64,000 nt of DNA, taken from Candidatus Latescibacterota bacterium. GTDB lineage: Bacteria; Latescibacterota; UBA2968. Both the position numbers and the translations under genes were made by a program. Shown in pieces: positions 34,972 through 45,203 of this stretch. Within the stretch, counting starts at the first letter, position 1. Each line of letters opens with the position of its first letter. Location of the stretch: assembly GCA_965222605.1 (NCBI GenBank), contig OZ244960.1, positions 3,648,001-3,712,000 of the forward strand. The letters are read 5' to 3'. The notes beneath the pieces are model-generated. The model was given only the letters and a program-made list of their open reading frames with translations, was not told the origin of the DNA and did no database searches.

Positions 34972-35520
34972 ATGAAAATTCAATTGTTAGTATTGGCAAC
35001 GCTGGTAAGTGTGGTTTTGACGACGGGATATGCAGAGGATGTTGCCGAAGATAATGGTGTTGTGGAGAAAGAAATCATGGAGGCCCAAAAAATTTGGGGC
35101 GAAGCAATTGTCGCTATCGGTGAGGCTTATGCAAAAAAAAAGGACTATAAAGCGCTGGCCGAAAAGATCGTGGATACGTTATATGGTTATGATGAAGGCG
35201 TGGTTCTGTTTAAGCCCACGAAGGCGTCAGACAAACAGTTTCGTTTAACAGAAGAAGAGGCCGTATCTTACTTTGTGACTGGTATCGTATCTGAAGATCG
35301 CGGTTTTGCCATTCAGCCGTGGCGCAAAGTCCGATTTGAGAACGCAGGCATCGTCGTTGATGGCGACTCGGCCATCGCAATGGGGAATTACTATTTTACA
35401 GACGCGAATACTGGAAAAGAAGCCAAAGTGGAGTTCACATTTGGCTATTTTATGGACGAGAATGGCAAGTTGCGTATCAATGTACATCACTCGTCATTTC
35501 CGTACATACCGATACCTTAA
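34972..35520 (+). CDS. Exported COG4337-like (NTF2-fold) protein, probable iota-class carbonic anhydrase
   Basis: Signal peptide; LFKPTKA, GFAIQPW, AMGNYYF, C-terminal HHSSFPY. Confidence 0.75.
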   Translation: MKIQLLVLATLVSVVLTTGYAEDVAEDNGVVEKEIMEAQKIWGEAIVAIGEAYAKKKDYKALAEKIVDTLYGYDEGVVLFKPTKASDKQFRLTEEEAVSYFVTGIVSEDRGFAIQPWRKVRFENAGIVVDGDSAIAMGNYYFTDANTGKEAKVEFTFGYFMDENGKLRINVHHSSFPYIPIP

Positions 35521-35606
35521 ATCTAACTGATGGCAGACTCATCCGATTTGCGAAAGCTAATTTTTAAAAAAAGAAACCCGCAATTGTTCTTGTATATGAG
35601 GCGCTT

Positions 35607-35855
35607 CTACAGAAACTTCAAGATAGCAGCAAAAGCCAATAGCGCAGCAATCGTTGTGGGAACATACCACTTTATCAAATCGTCAATTCGGGCATTGATC
35701 CGCGCTTCGAGATTGGCTTGTCCCTGCTTAAGGTCTTTCAGGTCCTGTTTCATATCTGATAGCTGTTCCTTGATAAATTCCATGTTCGTCTCAAGGGTTG
35801 TTATCCGTTGACCCTGTTCAGCCGTTGCGTTGTTATTTGTGGTGTCCGCATCCAT
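35607..35855 (-). CDS. Small coiled-coil protein with a C-terminal TM helix
   Basis: RBS AAGGAGA, heptad region, hydrophobic tail. Confidence 0.75.
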   Translation of the reverse strand: MDADTTNNNATAEQGQRITTLETNMEFIKEQLSDMKQDLKDLKQGQANLEARINARIDDLIKWYVPTTIAALLAFAAILKFL

Positions 35856-35949
35856 TGTTATATCTCCTTTTAAGTGTGGATGATTACGTAACTAAATGGA
35901 ATATAAGAAAAATTTAATTTTGGTGAATATTTTTCTTTTTCGCGTTGCC

Positions 35950-36063
35950 TTATACATTCATAAAAGCGCGGCGCTCGGGTGTTAATCGGTCGATTGAGAG
36001 TGCCTGCTCGAGGACCAAATACCCTCTCAGGTCAAATAAATAATCTTCCATCTCTGTTGGCAT
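35950..36063 (-). pseudogene. Internally deleted phytanoyl-CoA dioxygenase-like gene
   Basis: RBS GAGGA. MEDYLFDLRGYLVLEQAL (PhyH-like N-terminus) is joined to RLTPERR (C-terminus-like) in only 37 aa. Confidence 0.55.
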
Positions 36064-36086
36064 AATATTCCTTCTGTTCTCAGTAA

Positions 36087-37511
36087 TTAACTGATCAGTG
36101 CTCGCGCAGCGCGGGCGGCCATATCCCAGAAGGGGCCGGGGAGCGTGCCCATTGCGATTACGAGGATGATGGTCGCTATTGCGGTGACGGCGATGAGGGG
36201 CGTGGGTTTGATGGTGTTCTGAGTGGTGGGTTCTGCCCAGTAGAGTTGGCGGATGATAAGGAGATAATAATACAGGGCGACCGCGGCGTTGATGGCGGCG
36301 ATGAGGACGAGATAGAATTGACCGCGTTGGAGGGCGGCAGAAAAGAGGAACCATTTGCCGACAAAACCCACAGTGGGGGGTAGGCCAATGAGTCCAAACA
36401 GGCCGATGAGCAAGGTGAATGAGAGGAATGGCGCGCGTTTGTAAAGGCCAGATACGGAGTCGATGGTGATGCGGTCTTCGCTGCGACCGATTTCGCAGAT
36501 GACGAGGAAACATGCAAAAGACATGGCAAAGTAGCCAATGGCGTAAAAGAGGGCAGCCGTAAGACCCCATTCGGCGAAGGTTTGCAGGGCGAGTAGCACA
36601 TAACCGGCGTGGGCGACTGTAGAGTATCCGAGCAGGCGTTTGAGGTCTTTTTGCGCGAGTGCGGCCAGGTTGCCCAGGGTCATTGCGATGATGCTTGCCC
36701 ACATGAGCGCGGTTTGGGCGTGTCCCGATTCCCAGCCGCCGGGCATGGCCAGGGACAACAAGCGGCAGAGGATGCCGATGGCGGCGATTTTGGAAACGGT
36801 GGCGATGAATGTGATCACTGGATGGGGCGCGGTTTCATAGGTGTCGGGTGCCCAAAAGTGGAAGGGGAATGCGCCGAGTTTGAAGAAGAAGCCAGCGAGT
36901 GTGAGCAACAGACCCAGGTAGAAGATGGGTTGCGCGGTGGCGTGTGGGATGCTGATGGCGGAGAAGTAGGTGGAGCCAAATGTGCCGAAGAGGAAGCTCA
37001 TGCCGTAGAGTGAGATAGCTGAGGCAACCATACCCTGTACCATGTATTTGGCGGCACTTTCCCCGCCGATGTCCGCATTGCGGTGAAGAGCAACGACGAT
37101 ATAGACGGGGTAGGCGGCCAATTCCATGGCGACATAGAGGGTGAGAAGTTCGGTCGCGCTGACCATCATCATCATGCCGAGTGTGGAAAAGATAAAAAAG
37201 AGGGGGACCTCGAGCCAACCATTGCGGTCAACTGTGAGAGGGTTGGCGCTGGCGATGACGACAAATAAGAATCCGACTGCGAGTGCTGTTTTGATCAGTT
37301 GGGAAAAGAAGTCAACCGCGTATATACCCGGGAAGAAGGGTTCGCCTTCAAGGGATAGGGTCCAGAGACAGGCGACGATCATGGCTATGCCGGATGCTAT
37401 GGCAATGCCCCGGGTGGTGGGGTAGGACCAGCTGAGCACTGTAGCAAAAAAGAGCACGAGGCCCATGATCAGACAAATAAGTTCTGGTGCGAAGAGTATA
37501 GCGTTTTCCAT
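36087..37511 (-). CDS. nuoN: NADH-quinone oxidoreductase subunit N
   Basis: FKLGAFPFHFWAPDTY, KRLLGYSTVAHAGY; operon position. Confidence 0.95.
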   Translation of the reverse strand: MENAILFAPELICLIMGLVLFFATVLSWSYPTTRGIAIASGIAMIVACLWTLSLEGEPFFPGIYAVDFFSQLIKTALAVGFLFVVIASANPLTVDRNGWLEVPLFFIFSTLGMMMMVSATELLTLYVAMELAAYPVYIVVALHRNADIGGESAAKYMVQGMVASAISLYGMSFLFGTFGSTYFSAISIPHATAQPIFYLGLLLTLAGFFFKLGAFPFHFWAPDTYETAPHPVITFIATVSKIAAIGILCRLLSLAMPGGWESGHAQTALMWASIIAMTLGNLAALAQKDLKRLLGYSTVAHAGYVLLALQTFAEWGLTAALFYAIGYFAMSFACFLVICEIGRSEDRITIDSVSGLYKRAPFLSFTLLIGLFGLIGLPPTVGFVGKWFLFSAALQRGQFYLVLIAAINAAVALYYYLLIIRQLYWAEPTTQNTIKPTPLIAVTAIATIILVIAMGTLPGPFWDMAARAARALIS

Positions 37512-37512
37512 G

Positions 37513-38988
37513 TTAGAAATTACCTAAAAAAGCCATTGTGGTGCTGTTGATCAGGTCGAGCATGAGGCGGGGGACAAAGCCGAAGATCACGAGTACGGCG
37601 ATTAGTATGGCACGCGGTAGCAGGTGCAGGCCAGACATGTCCTGTGCTTTCAGATTTTCCCATTTCGGATTTGGTGCGCCAAAAAAGGCCAGATTGAAGA
37701 CGCGCAAGATGTAAACCGCGGTGAGTACGAGGCCCAGGATGACGATGATGCCGAGAATGGGGTACGTTTTCAGGGCTGCGAGGAAGACGAGTAATTCGGC
37801 CCAAAAGCTCGCCAGGCCGGGTAGCCCAGCACCACACAGGCCCGCGACGATGAAGATGGAGACTGCGCGGGGCATCTGTGTGCCAAGGCCACCAAAGTCG
37901 GTAATAGTTTTGGAGTGGGACTTGTCGTAGATATATCCGGCGGTGCTGAAAAATAGAGCGGTCATAATGCCGTGGGCAAACATCTGGAAAACAGCACCGT
38001 TGAGGGCGTCGGTAGCAACGACTGAGCCGAGGACAGCGAGGTTGAGGCCGAGGAGAACAATGCCCATGTGAGATACAGATGAAAAGCCGATTACAAATTT
38101 GAAGTCGGTTTGTCGCATGGCGACATAAGCACCGTAGATGATCCCAATGACGGCCAATACCACGAAGGTCGGTGCCCAGTACGCAGCACCTTCGGGCAGC
38201 AGACGAATGCCCACTGTGAGTATGCCATAAGCGCCGAGTTTCATCAGGACACCCGCGTGTAGCATGGAAACTGCAGATGGCGCAGCAACATGGCCTGTGG
38301 GCGACCAGCCGTGGAAGGGGAACAGGCCTGCTAAGACGCCAAAGCCAATGTAGATGAAGGGATAGACAAATATTTGGAATTGGGGATCGAATGTGTGCGA
38401 TGATAAGGCAATGATATCAAAGGTGTTGAGGCCCGATTGGTGATAGATGGCGAGAAGGCTGGGAAAGAGGAGCGCGCTGCCGGCGAGGAGGAAGAGCATG
38501 AGTTTCATCCCGGCGTATGCTCTGTTGCCGCTGCCCCATATCAGGATGAGGGGATACATGGGCACGACAGCGATTTCGTAAAAGAAGAAGAAGAAGAAGA
38601 GGTCCAGCGACATGAAGACGCCAAAGACGCCGATGACGAGGAGTACCATAAAGGCGAAATATTCTTTGACGCGCTCTTCGAGGTCCCACATGGTGAGTAC
38701 CCCGGTGAAATAGACGATGGAATTGAGCATTACGAGGATGACGCCAAATCCGTCAACGCCGAGGTGATAGGAAATACCAATGGCTGCGACCCAGGGGATT
38801 ATTTCTTCAAATTGAATACCGCCGGTTGTGGGATCATAACCCGTCCAGAGTTGCAAACTCAGCACACAGGTCAACAGACCGCTGAGGGCGCATATCAGCC
38901 GAATGCCCCGCACAGCCCTTTGGGGCATGAGCAAAAGGATGATGAGCGTGACGACGGGAATGAGAAGTATAGATGAAAGAAGTGGCAT
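37513..38988 (-). CDS. nuoM: NADH-quinone oxidoreductase subunit M
   Basis: YHLGVDG, PFHGW, LMKLGAYG, SSVSHMG. Confidence 0.95.
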   Translation of the reverse strand: MPLLSSILLIPVVTLIILLLMPQRAVRGIRLICALSGLLTCVLSLQLWTGYDPTTGGIQFEEIIPWVAAIGISYHLGVDGFGVILVMLNSIVYFTGVLTMWDLEERVKEYFAFMVLLVIGVFGVFMSLDLFFFFFFYEIAVVPMYPLILIWGSGNRAYAGMKLMLFLLAGSALLFPSLLAIYHQSGLNTFDIIALSSHTFDPQFQIFVYPFIYIGFGVLAGLFPFHGWSPTGHVAAPSAVSMLHAGVLMKLGAYGILTVGIRLLPEGAAYWAPTFVVLAVIGIIYGAYVAMRQTDFKFVIGFSSVSHMGIVLLGLNLAVLGSVVATDALNGAVFQMFAHGIMTALFFSTAGYIYDKSHSKTITDFGGLGTQMPRAVSIFIVAGLCGAGLPGLASFWAELLVFLAALKTYPILGIIVILGLVLTAVYILRVFNLAFFGAPNPKWENLKAQDMSGLHLLPRAILIAVLVIFGFVPRLMLDLINSTTMAFLGNF

Positions 38989-38991
38989 ATT

Positions 38992-40818
38992 TTATCGCAA
39001 TCCCAGATAAAGCGCGACAACGGCTAATAAAATAATTGCCCAGCCCAGGTAGAGTTGCATCCAGCCACCCTGTACGCGGGTTGATTTCGCGCCCGTGCGC
39101 AAGATGCCGAGGCCAAAGCGGTCGTAGTTTCCGTCGAGGACGTGGTTTTCTATCCAGTGCAAGATGCGAGATAGTGTGTGGGTGATGGCGACGATGGTGA
39201 CGCGGTAGATGTCGTCGATGTACCATTTGTTTGTGAATAGGGTGTTGAGTGGCGCGATTTTGCTGATGAATCCCGTGCGCGACGCGTTATCGCGCCCATA
39301 GTCGAAATAGGCGATCAGGATGCCGAGGATTACGACTCCTACGGTGGGGATCAGCAAATATATGCTGTGGTGCTGTGGTATGAGGTCGAGGCCATGAGCG
39401 ATGTTGGAGCCAAAAAAGCCGAGTACGATTGCGCCCAGGGTGAGGAGCAAGACGGGGAGTTTCATGTTCATGGGTTCGGGATGGCTGTGATCGGAGGCAG
39501 GTGCCTGATCGGGTTTTGTGATGAGGAAAACCATGCGGAATGTGTAATAGGCGGTGAGAAAGGCCGCTAAAAATGCACCGGCCATGTAGATGTTAAAGCC
39601 ATTGTGACCGAGTTGGGCAAAAATTTCTTCTTTGCTCCAGAATCCCGCCAATGGGGGAATGCCGGATAGGGCCGCGCCACCGATGATGAGGCCAAGGGTC
39701 GCAGCTTTGAGGCGGCGGCCTCCACTGCGGCCAATTTCGGCCATGCTATTGGTGTGATAGGCGTGAATGTAAATGCCCGAGCAGAGGAAGAGCAGGGCTT
39801 TGAAGACGGCATGGGTGATCAGGTGAAATACACCGGCGAAGAGGCTGCCGGCAGCGAGTGCCATGATCATAAAGCCGAGTTGGCTGATGGACGAATAGGC
39901 GAGTACTTTTTTGATGTCGGTATCGACCATTGCAATGGTCGATGAGAGGATTGCGGTGAAGGTGGCGATGCTCAGGACGATGAGTGCTGTGTCTTGCGCC
40001 GCCATAAAGAGCGGGTGCAGACGGATCATGAGAAAGACGCCTGCGGCGACCATGGTGGCAGAGTGCAACAGGGCACTGACCGGTGTGGGGCCTTCCATTG
40101 CGTCGGGCAGCCAGGTGTGTAATGGGAATTGCGCGCTTTTGCCCATGATGCCAATGAAGATGAGCAGTGTGATTGCGTTGAGCATGCCGGGCGATATCTG
40201 GGTTGAGAGGCCAGATTGAGGGTCTAAGAGGCTGGGGATATCGAAGTTCTGAACGAGTTGAAGGATGATCAGAATGCCGATGAAGAGGCCGACGTCGCCC
40301 ACGCGGGTCATGAGAAAGGCTTTGCGCGCAGCCCCGGCTGCTTCGGGTTTTTCAAACCAGAAACCGATGAGGAAGAAAGAAGACAGGCCGACGAGTTCCC
40401 AAAATATGAAAGACTGCAAGAGATCGACGGCATAGACAAAGCTGAGCATGGACCAGGCAAAGAAACTGAGCATTGCAAAATAGCGCGTTTTGCCCGGGTC
40501 GCTCGCCATGTAGCCGATTGAATAGAGCATGATGCAGGCGGTGATGAAAGCGACGACAACGCCAAACATGAGGCTTGCACCATCGAGAATGAAGCCAAAT
40601 TGGAGTTGTATTGCACCGCTTTGGAACCACAAAAAACGAAGGGGCTCAACAGGTCCTTGTACGAGAAGGCCGATGGCTGCAAAAAGGGATACTGTGCTGC
40701 CGAATAGGACCAGTCCCTGAGCTATTCGGGGTTGTTGCGCGAGAAATATGATGGCAATGACAAAACACGCCAGGGGGGAAATTGTGGTTAAAAGTATGAG
40801 TGAGAGAGTGTCCATCAA
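38992..40818 (-). CDS. nuoL: NADH-quinone oxidoreductase subunit L
   Basis: GKSAQFPLHTWLPDAMEGPTPVSALLHSATMV. Confidence 0.96.
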   Translation of the reverse strand: MMDTLSLILLTTISPLACFVIAIIFLAQQPRIAQGLVLFGSTVSLFAAIGLLVQGPVEPLRFLWFQSGAIQLQFGFILDGASLMFGVVVAFITACIMLYSIGYMASDPGKTRYFAMLSFFAWSMLSFVYAVDLLQSFIFWELVGLSSFFLIGFWFEKPEAAGAARKAFLMTRVGDVGLFIGILIILQLVQNFDIPSLLDPQSGLSTQISPGMLNAITLLIFIGIMGKSAQFPLHTWLPDAMEGPTPVSALLHSATMVAAGVFLMIRLHPLFMAAQDTALIVLSIATFTAILSSTIAMVDTDIKKVLAYSSISQLGFMIMALAAGSLFAGVFHLITHAVFKALLFLCSGIYIHAYHTNSMAEIGRSGGRRLKAATLGLIIGGAALSGIPPLAGFWSKEEIFAQLGHNGFNIYMAGAFLAAFLTAYYTFRMVFLITKPDQAPASDHSHPEPMNMKLPVLLLTLGAIVLGFFGSNIAHGLDLIPQHHSIYLLIPTVGVVILGILIAYFDYGRDNASRTGFISKIAPLNTLFTNKWYIDDIYRVTIVAITHTLSRILHWIENHVLDGNYDRFGLGILRTGAKSTRVQGGWMQLYLGWAIILLAVVALYLGLR

Positions 40819-41120
40819 CCGCTCAATTTGGTGAGTTTTTCCGCATCAATATCGCGATACGCCCGATAGATGCGCAGGATAATCGATAAAAAGATAGCGA
40901 CTTCGGCGGCTGCCAGTCCAATGATGATGAGGACGAAGATCTGACCGGTCGTTGGATCGGTGACGACGAACCGGTTAAAGGCCATCAGGTTTAGGCTGGC
41001 GGCATTCATCATGAGTTCGATGCCGATGAGCAGGGCAATGAGGTTGCGGTGGGATAGTGCGCCGATCAAACCGAGTGAAAACAGGGCAGCGCCCACCAGC
41101 AGATAAGATTCGAGGGTCAC
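40815..41120 (-). CDS. nuoK: NADH-quinone oxidoreductase subunit K
   Basis: GTG start after AAAGGA; IELMMNA, AAAEVAI. Confidence 0.93.
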   Translation of the reverse strand: MTLESYLLVGAALFSLGLIGALSHRNLIALLIGIELMMNAASLNLMAFNRFVVTDPTTGQIFVLIIIGLAAAEVAIFLSIILRIYRAYRDIDAEKLTKLSG

Positions 41121-41139
41121 GTTTTTTCCTTTGCTAAGC

Positions 41140-41640
41140 TCATGTCGAAGCCTTGCGGGCAATCAAGATGGCACCGATGATGGCCAGGAGTAAAACGAGG
41201 GAGAGGGTTTCAAAGACGAGATTGTAATGCGTGAGCAATGCATGGCCCAACGCGCCCACAGACCAGGCTTTTTCCGATGCTGGGGATGCGATTTGTTGGA
41301 ATTGCGCGCCGCGGATTAGATGGGCGACTGCGCCAAAAAAAATCACGGCACAGGCAATGGCGAAGCCGAGTTTTCGGGGATCGGGATTGGGCGGACGAAT
41401 GGACATGGCAATCGAGAGCATCATGGCAAATACAATGGCAACGGTTATGCCGCCAATATAGATGAGTACTTGCATTGCCGCGACAAATGCGCTGCCGAGG
41501 TTGAGAAATAGCCCCGCCAGTCCCAACAGACTGATACCCAGACCAATGATGGCGTAGAGTATCGGACGAGAAAATGCCGCTATAAATCCACCGATGAGGA
41601 CGAGGGCTACAAATGTGTAAATGACAGCTTGCTCGAGCAT
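41140..41640 (-). CDS. nuoJ: NADH-quinone oxidoreductase subunit J
   Basis: QVLIYIGGI, FETLSLVLL. Confidence 0.93.
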   Translation of the reverse strand: MLEQAVIYTFVALVLIGGFIAAFSRPILYAIIGLGISLLGLAGLFLNLGSAFVAAMQVLIYIGGITVAIVFAMMLSIAMSIRPPNPDPRKLGFAIACAVIFFGAVAHLIRGAQFQQIASPASEKAWSVGALGHALLTHYNLVFETLSLVLLLAIIGAILIARKAST

Positions 41641-41653
41641 TGTTGTTCTCCGA

Positions 41654-42199
41654 TTACTTCCTACTTCTCACCTTCTTCGCTTTTCTGGCTGCGGCGAGTC
41701 GGGCGCGTTCTGCGGCTTGTTCGGCTTCGATTACTTTCAGGCGTTCGCGCGTGGCTTCTTCTTTGTCTGCCCACGGTTCGATTAAGTCGTAGAGAAAGTC
41801 GCTGCGATTGTATCCGGCTTCATCGTGTATTTTGCTATATCCCAGAGTGTCGGTGGGGCATACGTCTAAGCACAGTCCGCAGTCGCTGCACAGGGCAAAA
41901 TCGACTTCGAATTTGGTCGCCCGTTTGCGCCTTAGTCCTTCGGGGCGTTCTCCGTCGAGCGAAATGCAGAAGGAGGGACACACGCGCTCACAGAGTTTGC
42001 AGTCGATGCAGTCGTGCGAGCCGATGTCTTCTTTTTCGATGAGGACAATGACATTGCGAAACGCTTCCGACATCTCGATTTTTTCCATTGGATATTGCGA
42101 GGTGACGGGCGGTTTTCGAAAGTTGTCCAGTGTGACTTTCATGCCGCTCAGGAGCGTTTTGGTGCCGTTGAGGATTTCTTTTACGAGAGCCATGGGCAT
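41654..42199 (-). CDS. nuoI: NADH-quinone oxidoreductase subunit I
   Basis: Two ferredoxin motifs, CIDCKLCERVCP and CSDCGLCLDVCP. Confidence 0.93.
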   Translation of the reverse strand: MPMALVKEILNGTKTLLSGMKVTLDNFRKPPVTSQYPMEKIEMSEAFRNVIVLIEKEDIGSHDCIDCKLCERVCPSFCISLDGERPEGLRRKRATKFEVDFALCSDCGLCLDVCPTDTLGYSKIHDEAGYNRSDFLYDLIEPWADKEEATRERLKVIEAEQAAERARLAAARKAKKVRSRK

Positions 42200-42219
42200 T
42201 TTCCTCTGAGATGAAAGTT

Positions 42220-43194
42220 CTAAACGATTTTCAAGACCAGCGTTGTGATCAGCAGGTTGATCAGCGATAGGGGGACGAGTACTACCCAGGCGAATTTCAT
42301 GAGTTGATCAAATCGGAGCCGCGGGAAAGTCCAGCGGAACCACATCATGAGGACGATGAGTGCATAGACTTTGATGAAGAACCATACGGCGTCTGGCAAA
42401 AAAGGCCCGCGCCATCCCCCCAGGAAGAGTACGGTTGCCAGTGCGCATGCAAAGATCATGTTGGAGTATTCGGCAAAGAAGAACAGCCCAAAGCGCATGC
42501 CGGAATATTCGGTGTGGAATCCGGCGACGAGTTCAGATTCCGCTTCGGGGATGTCAAAGGGGGCGCGATTGGTTTCGGCAGTGGCCGATATGATAAAGAT
42601 GATCAGGGCGATGGGTTGCACCAGTACAAAGGGATAGGTTTCCTGTGCAAGGGTGATGTCGTAGAGCGACATGGTGCGGGTTATCATGACAATGGGGATG
42701 ACCGATAGGATGAGCGGGATTTCGTAGGAGATATTTTGTGCGACCGAGCGCACTGCGCCGAGCAGGGCGTATTTGTTATTGGATCCCCAGCCAGCTAAGA
42801 ATATGCCGATTACATTGATGCCGCTGATGGCGAGGATCAGGACAATGGCGATGTTGAAGTCGTGAAAGATGTACGTGCTCGTAATGGGAAAGAGGGACGA
42901 GAGGGCGACGACGGGAGCAAAGACCAGGATGGGGGCAATTACGTAGAGCAGTTTGTTGGCATGTTCGGGGGTGAGGAGTTCTTTGCTGAGCAATTTGCCC
43001 ATGTCAAAAATTTGTTGCATCAGACCAAAGGGACCGCGCTGCGGACCAATGCGGCGCTGTATGCGTGCGCTGAGTTTGCGTTCGAGCCATATTAGCATAA
43101 TGGCATTGACGCTCAAGTAGACCATGATGACGGCGATGGTTGCGCCGAACGCGAGATAGGGGTTTTCAAAAAGTTGGATGACGTCTGTTTTCAT
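42220..43194 (-). CDS. nuoH: NADH-quinone oxidoreductase subunit H
   Basis: ERKLSARIQRRIGP, AETNRAPFDIPEAESELVAG. Confidence 0.96.
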   Translation of the reverse strand: MKTDVIQLFENPYLAFGATIAVIMVYLSVNAIMLIWLERKLSARIQRRIGPQRGPFGLMQQIFDMGKLLSKELLTPEHANKLLYVIAPILVFAPVVALSSLFPITSTYIFHDFNIAIVLILAISGINVIGIFLAGWGSNNKYALLGAVRSVAQNISYEIPLILSVIPIVMITRTMSLYDITLAQETYPFVLVQPIALIIFIISATAETNRAPFDIPEAESELVAGFHTEYSGMRFGLFFFAEYSNMIFACALATVLFLGGWRGPFLPDAVWFFIKVYALIVLMMWFRWTFPRLRFDQLMKFAWVVLVPLSLINLLITTLVLKIV

Positions 43195-43302
43195 ATAATA
43201 GCTTTCAGCGATCAGCAGTCAGTCTCCTGTGCCTCGTTTGACCGCATGCGCACTTATATATTTTTATTTTAAAATTCTGTGGAGAAATATATTCGAATTG
43301 AT

Positions 43303-43509
43303 TCATCTTGTTGTTATACCAACGGTTTTTGGAACGGATTGAGTTGCAGTGTGATCAACAGTGGCTTGCAAGGGTGTTCGAAATTCTCGATTTGATTCTC
43401 GTTCCTGTCGTCTGAGATCTTCGCATATCGCGTGAAGATCATTATTAAATCGTTCCGCATAAGCGCGGCGAATTTGACGTATTTCATTCACAATGGGGTC
43501 ATCAATCAT
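43303..43509 (-). CDS. Small putative antitoxin
   Basis: DDPIVNEIRQIRRAYA..F..DL..I, typical of the small partner downstream of this PIN type; overlaps the PIN stop. Confidence 0.75.
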   Translation of the reverse strand: MIDDPIVNEIRQIRRAYAERFNNDLHAICEDLRRQERESNREFRTPLQATVDHTATQSVPKTVGITTR

Positions 43510-43984
43510 CGTCGGCCTCCAATAATTCTTCTGGTGTACAGAGGATTGGTGGATCGTATTCAGCAGCGCGACAGATGCTCTCTATCGCGGGACGAAGCGA
43601 TGCATTCACGATATGCCGAAAGTTCCAAGATACAAGATATTGTACTCCGTGCGTGGTAGCCAAGGCGATATGCAATGCATCGTTTGGCTGATTTTCAGGA
43701 ACCGCATGTCCTTGAATAAGGGCATCGGCCAGAGATTCTGCGTCTGATGTAATTGGAAGAACGGGTATGCCGTCAATGCTGTCGAGGCGGTCCTTTACAG
43801 CTTTTGGGTCGCCATCCGAGCATTCGCGGATTACCAGTTGGGAAACAAACAGATCAAACCTTTGGGCAGCAATTGACCACCACAATTTTGTCGTGTTCTG
43901 ATGACCGGCGATAGTCACATCTTGATGAGGCCAAGATGTTAGATAGCCGATAACCGATGTTTCGATATAGACGCTACGATTCAT
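43502..43984 (-). CDS. PIN-domain (VapC-like) toxin
   Basis: VYIETSVIGYL, DALHIA, LVSWNFRHI, CTPEEL. Confidence 0.9.
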   Translation of the reverse strand: MNRSVYIETSVIGYLTSWPHQDVTIAGHQNTTKLWWSIAAQRFDLFVSQLVIRECSDGDPKAVKDRLDSIDGIPVLPITSDAESLADALIQGHAVPENQPNDALHIALATTHGVQYLVSWNFRHIVNASLRPAIESICRAAEYDPPILCTPEELLEADDD

Positions 43985-44072
43985 TTGTTGAACGCTCAAA
44001 AACGATTGTGTGAGGTTTATAATCTGCTGCCGCAAGGGTGGTTTGGATGCCGCCTGTTTTCATAGTTGTGCG

Positions 44073-45203
44073 TTATCTGTCTATTTCGGGAACGACGATG
44101 TCGATGCTGCCGAGGATTGCCACGGCATCGGCGAGCATGGTGCCGGCCATGACGGTGGGCATGGTCGATATGTGTGAAAACGATGGGGTTCGCAATTTGA
44201 GGCGAAAGGGGATGTCGCTGCCGTCGCTTGCGATGTACATGCCGAAGTTGCCTCGCGGTGATTCAACACAGAAGTAATAGTCGCCTTCGGGCGGGCGGAT
44301 GCGTTTGGGCACTCGGGCTGCGATAAAGGGACCATCGGGCGTGTCGCTTACGGCTTGTTCGATGATGCGAATGCACTGGCGCATTTCTTCCATGCGAACG
44401 AGTGTGCGGGCAAAGCAGTCGCCTTCTGTTTGCGTGGGTACATCAAAGTCAAAGCGGTCGTAGATGCCATAGGGTTCGTCTTTGCGGACATCGTGGGCAT
44501 GGCCCATGGCGCGCAGACAAGGACCTGTTATGGCGTATTTTTGAATGAGGTCGGGTGCGAAGATCCCGACGCCAATGGTGCGTTCGCGGAAGATGACGTT
44601 GCCGATGACGAGTTTTTCGTATTCTTTTAATCGCTCGACAAAATAGGTGCAAAAGTTGGAGACATTATCGAGGAATATATCGTCGATATCGAGAATCACA
44701 CCGCCAAATCGCGCGTAACAATAGGTGAGGCGCGATCCGGTGATGCGGTCGAGGATGTCGAGGATTTTTTCGCGGTCGTCAAAGGCGTAGAGAAAGGGGG
44801 TAAATGCGCCCAGGTCCATCAAAAAGGTGCCCAGCCAGAGCAGGTGGCTGGAGATGCGATTGAGTTCATTGCAGATGATGCGGATGTATTCGGCGCGTTC
44901 TGGGACTTCGATGCCCATTGCGCGTTCGACTGCCTGACAATATCCCACGTTGTAGATCATGCCACCGAGATAATCCACGCGACTGGGGTTGGGTAAAAAC
45001 TGGAGGTAGTCGCGGTTTTCGGCCATTTTTTCGTGTGCGCGATGCCCATACCCGATAATGGGTTCTGCCGAAATTATCCGTTCGCCATCCAGGTGCAGTT
45101 TGATCCGCATGACGCCGTGTGTAGAGGGATGCTGAGGCCCCATGTTGAGATAATAGGTATCTCGACTTTTCGGGTCTTGTTCGACCTCAAATCTATTCAT
45201 CAC
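44073..45203 (-). CDS. nuoD: NADH-quinone oxidoreductase subunit D
   Basis: NMGPQHPSTHGV, ELNRISSHL, ESPRG, EIDR. Confidence 0.96.
   Translation of the reverse strand: MMNRFEVEQDPKSRDTYYLNMGPQHPSTHGVMRIKLHLDGERIISAEPIIGYGHRAHEKMAENRDYLQFLPNPSRVDYLGGMIYNVGYCQAVERAMGIEVPERAEYIRIICNELNRISSHLLWLGTFLMDLGAFTPFLYAFDDREKILDILDRITGSRLTYCYARFGGVILDIDDIFLDNVSNFCTYFVERLKEYEKLVIGNVIFRERTIGVGIFAPDLIQKYAITGPCLRAMGHAHDVRKDEPYGIYDRFDFDVPTQTEGDCFARTLVRMEEMRQCIRIIEQAVSDTPDGPFIAARVPKRIRPPEGDYYFCVESPRGNFGMYIASDGSDIPFRLKLRTPSFSHISTMPTVMAGTMLADAVAILGSIDIVVPEIDR

Noticed and set aside
35950-36702. 250-aa alternative-frame ORF over nuoN, and the many other overlapping ORFs in GC-rich genes
   Set aside because: They have low-complexity Arg/Pro/His-rich shadow composition. 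Only the last 37 codons of this one look genuine.
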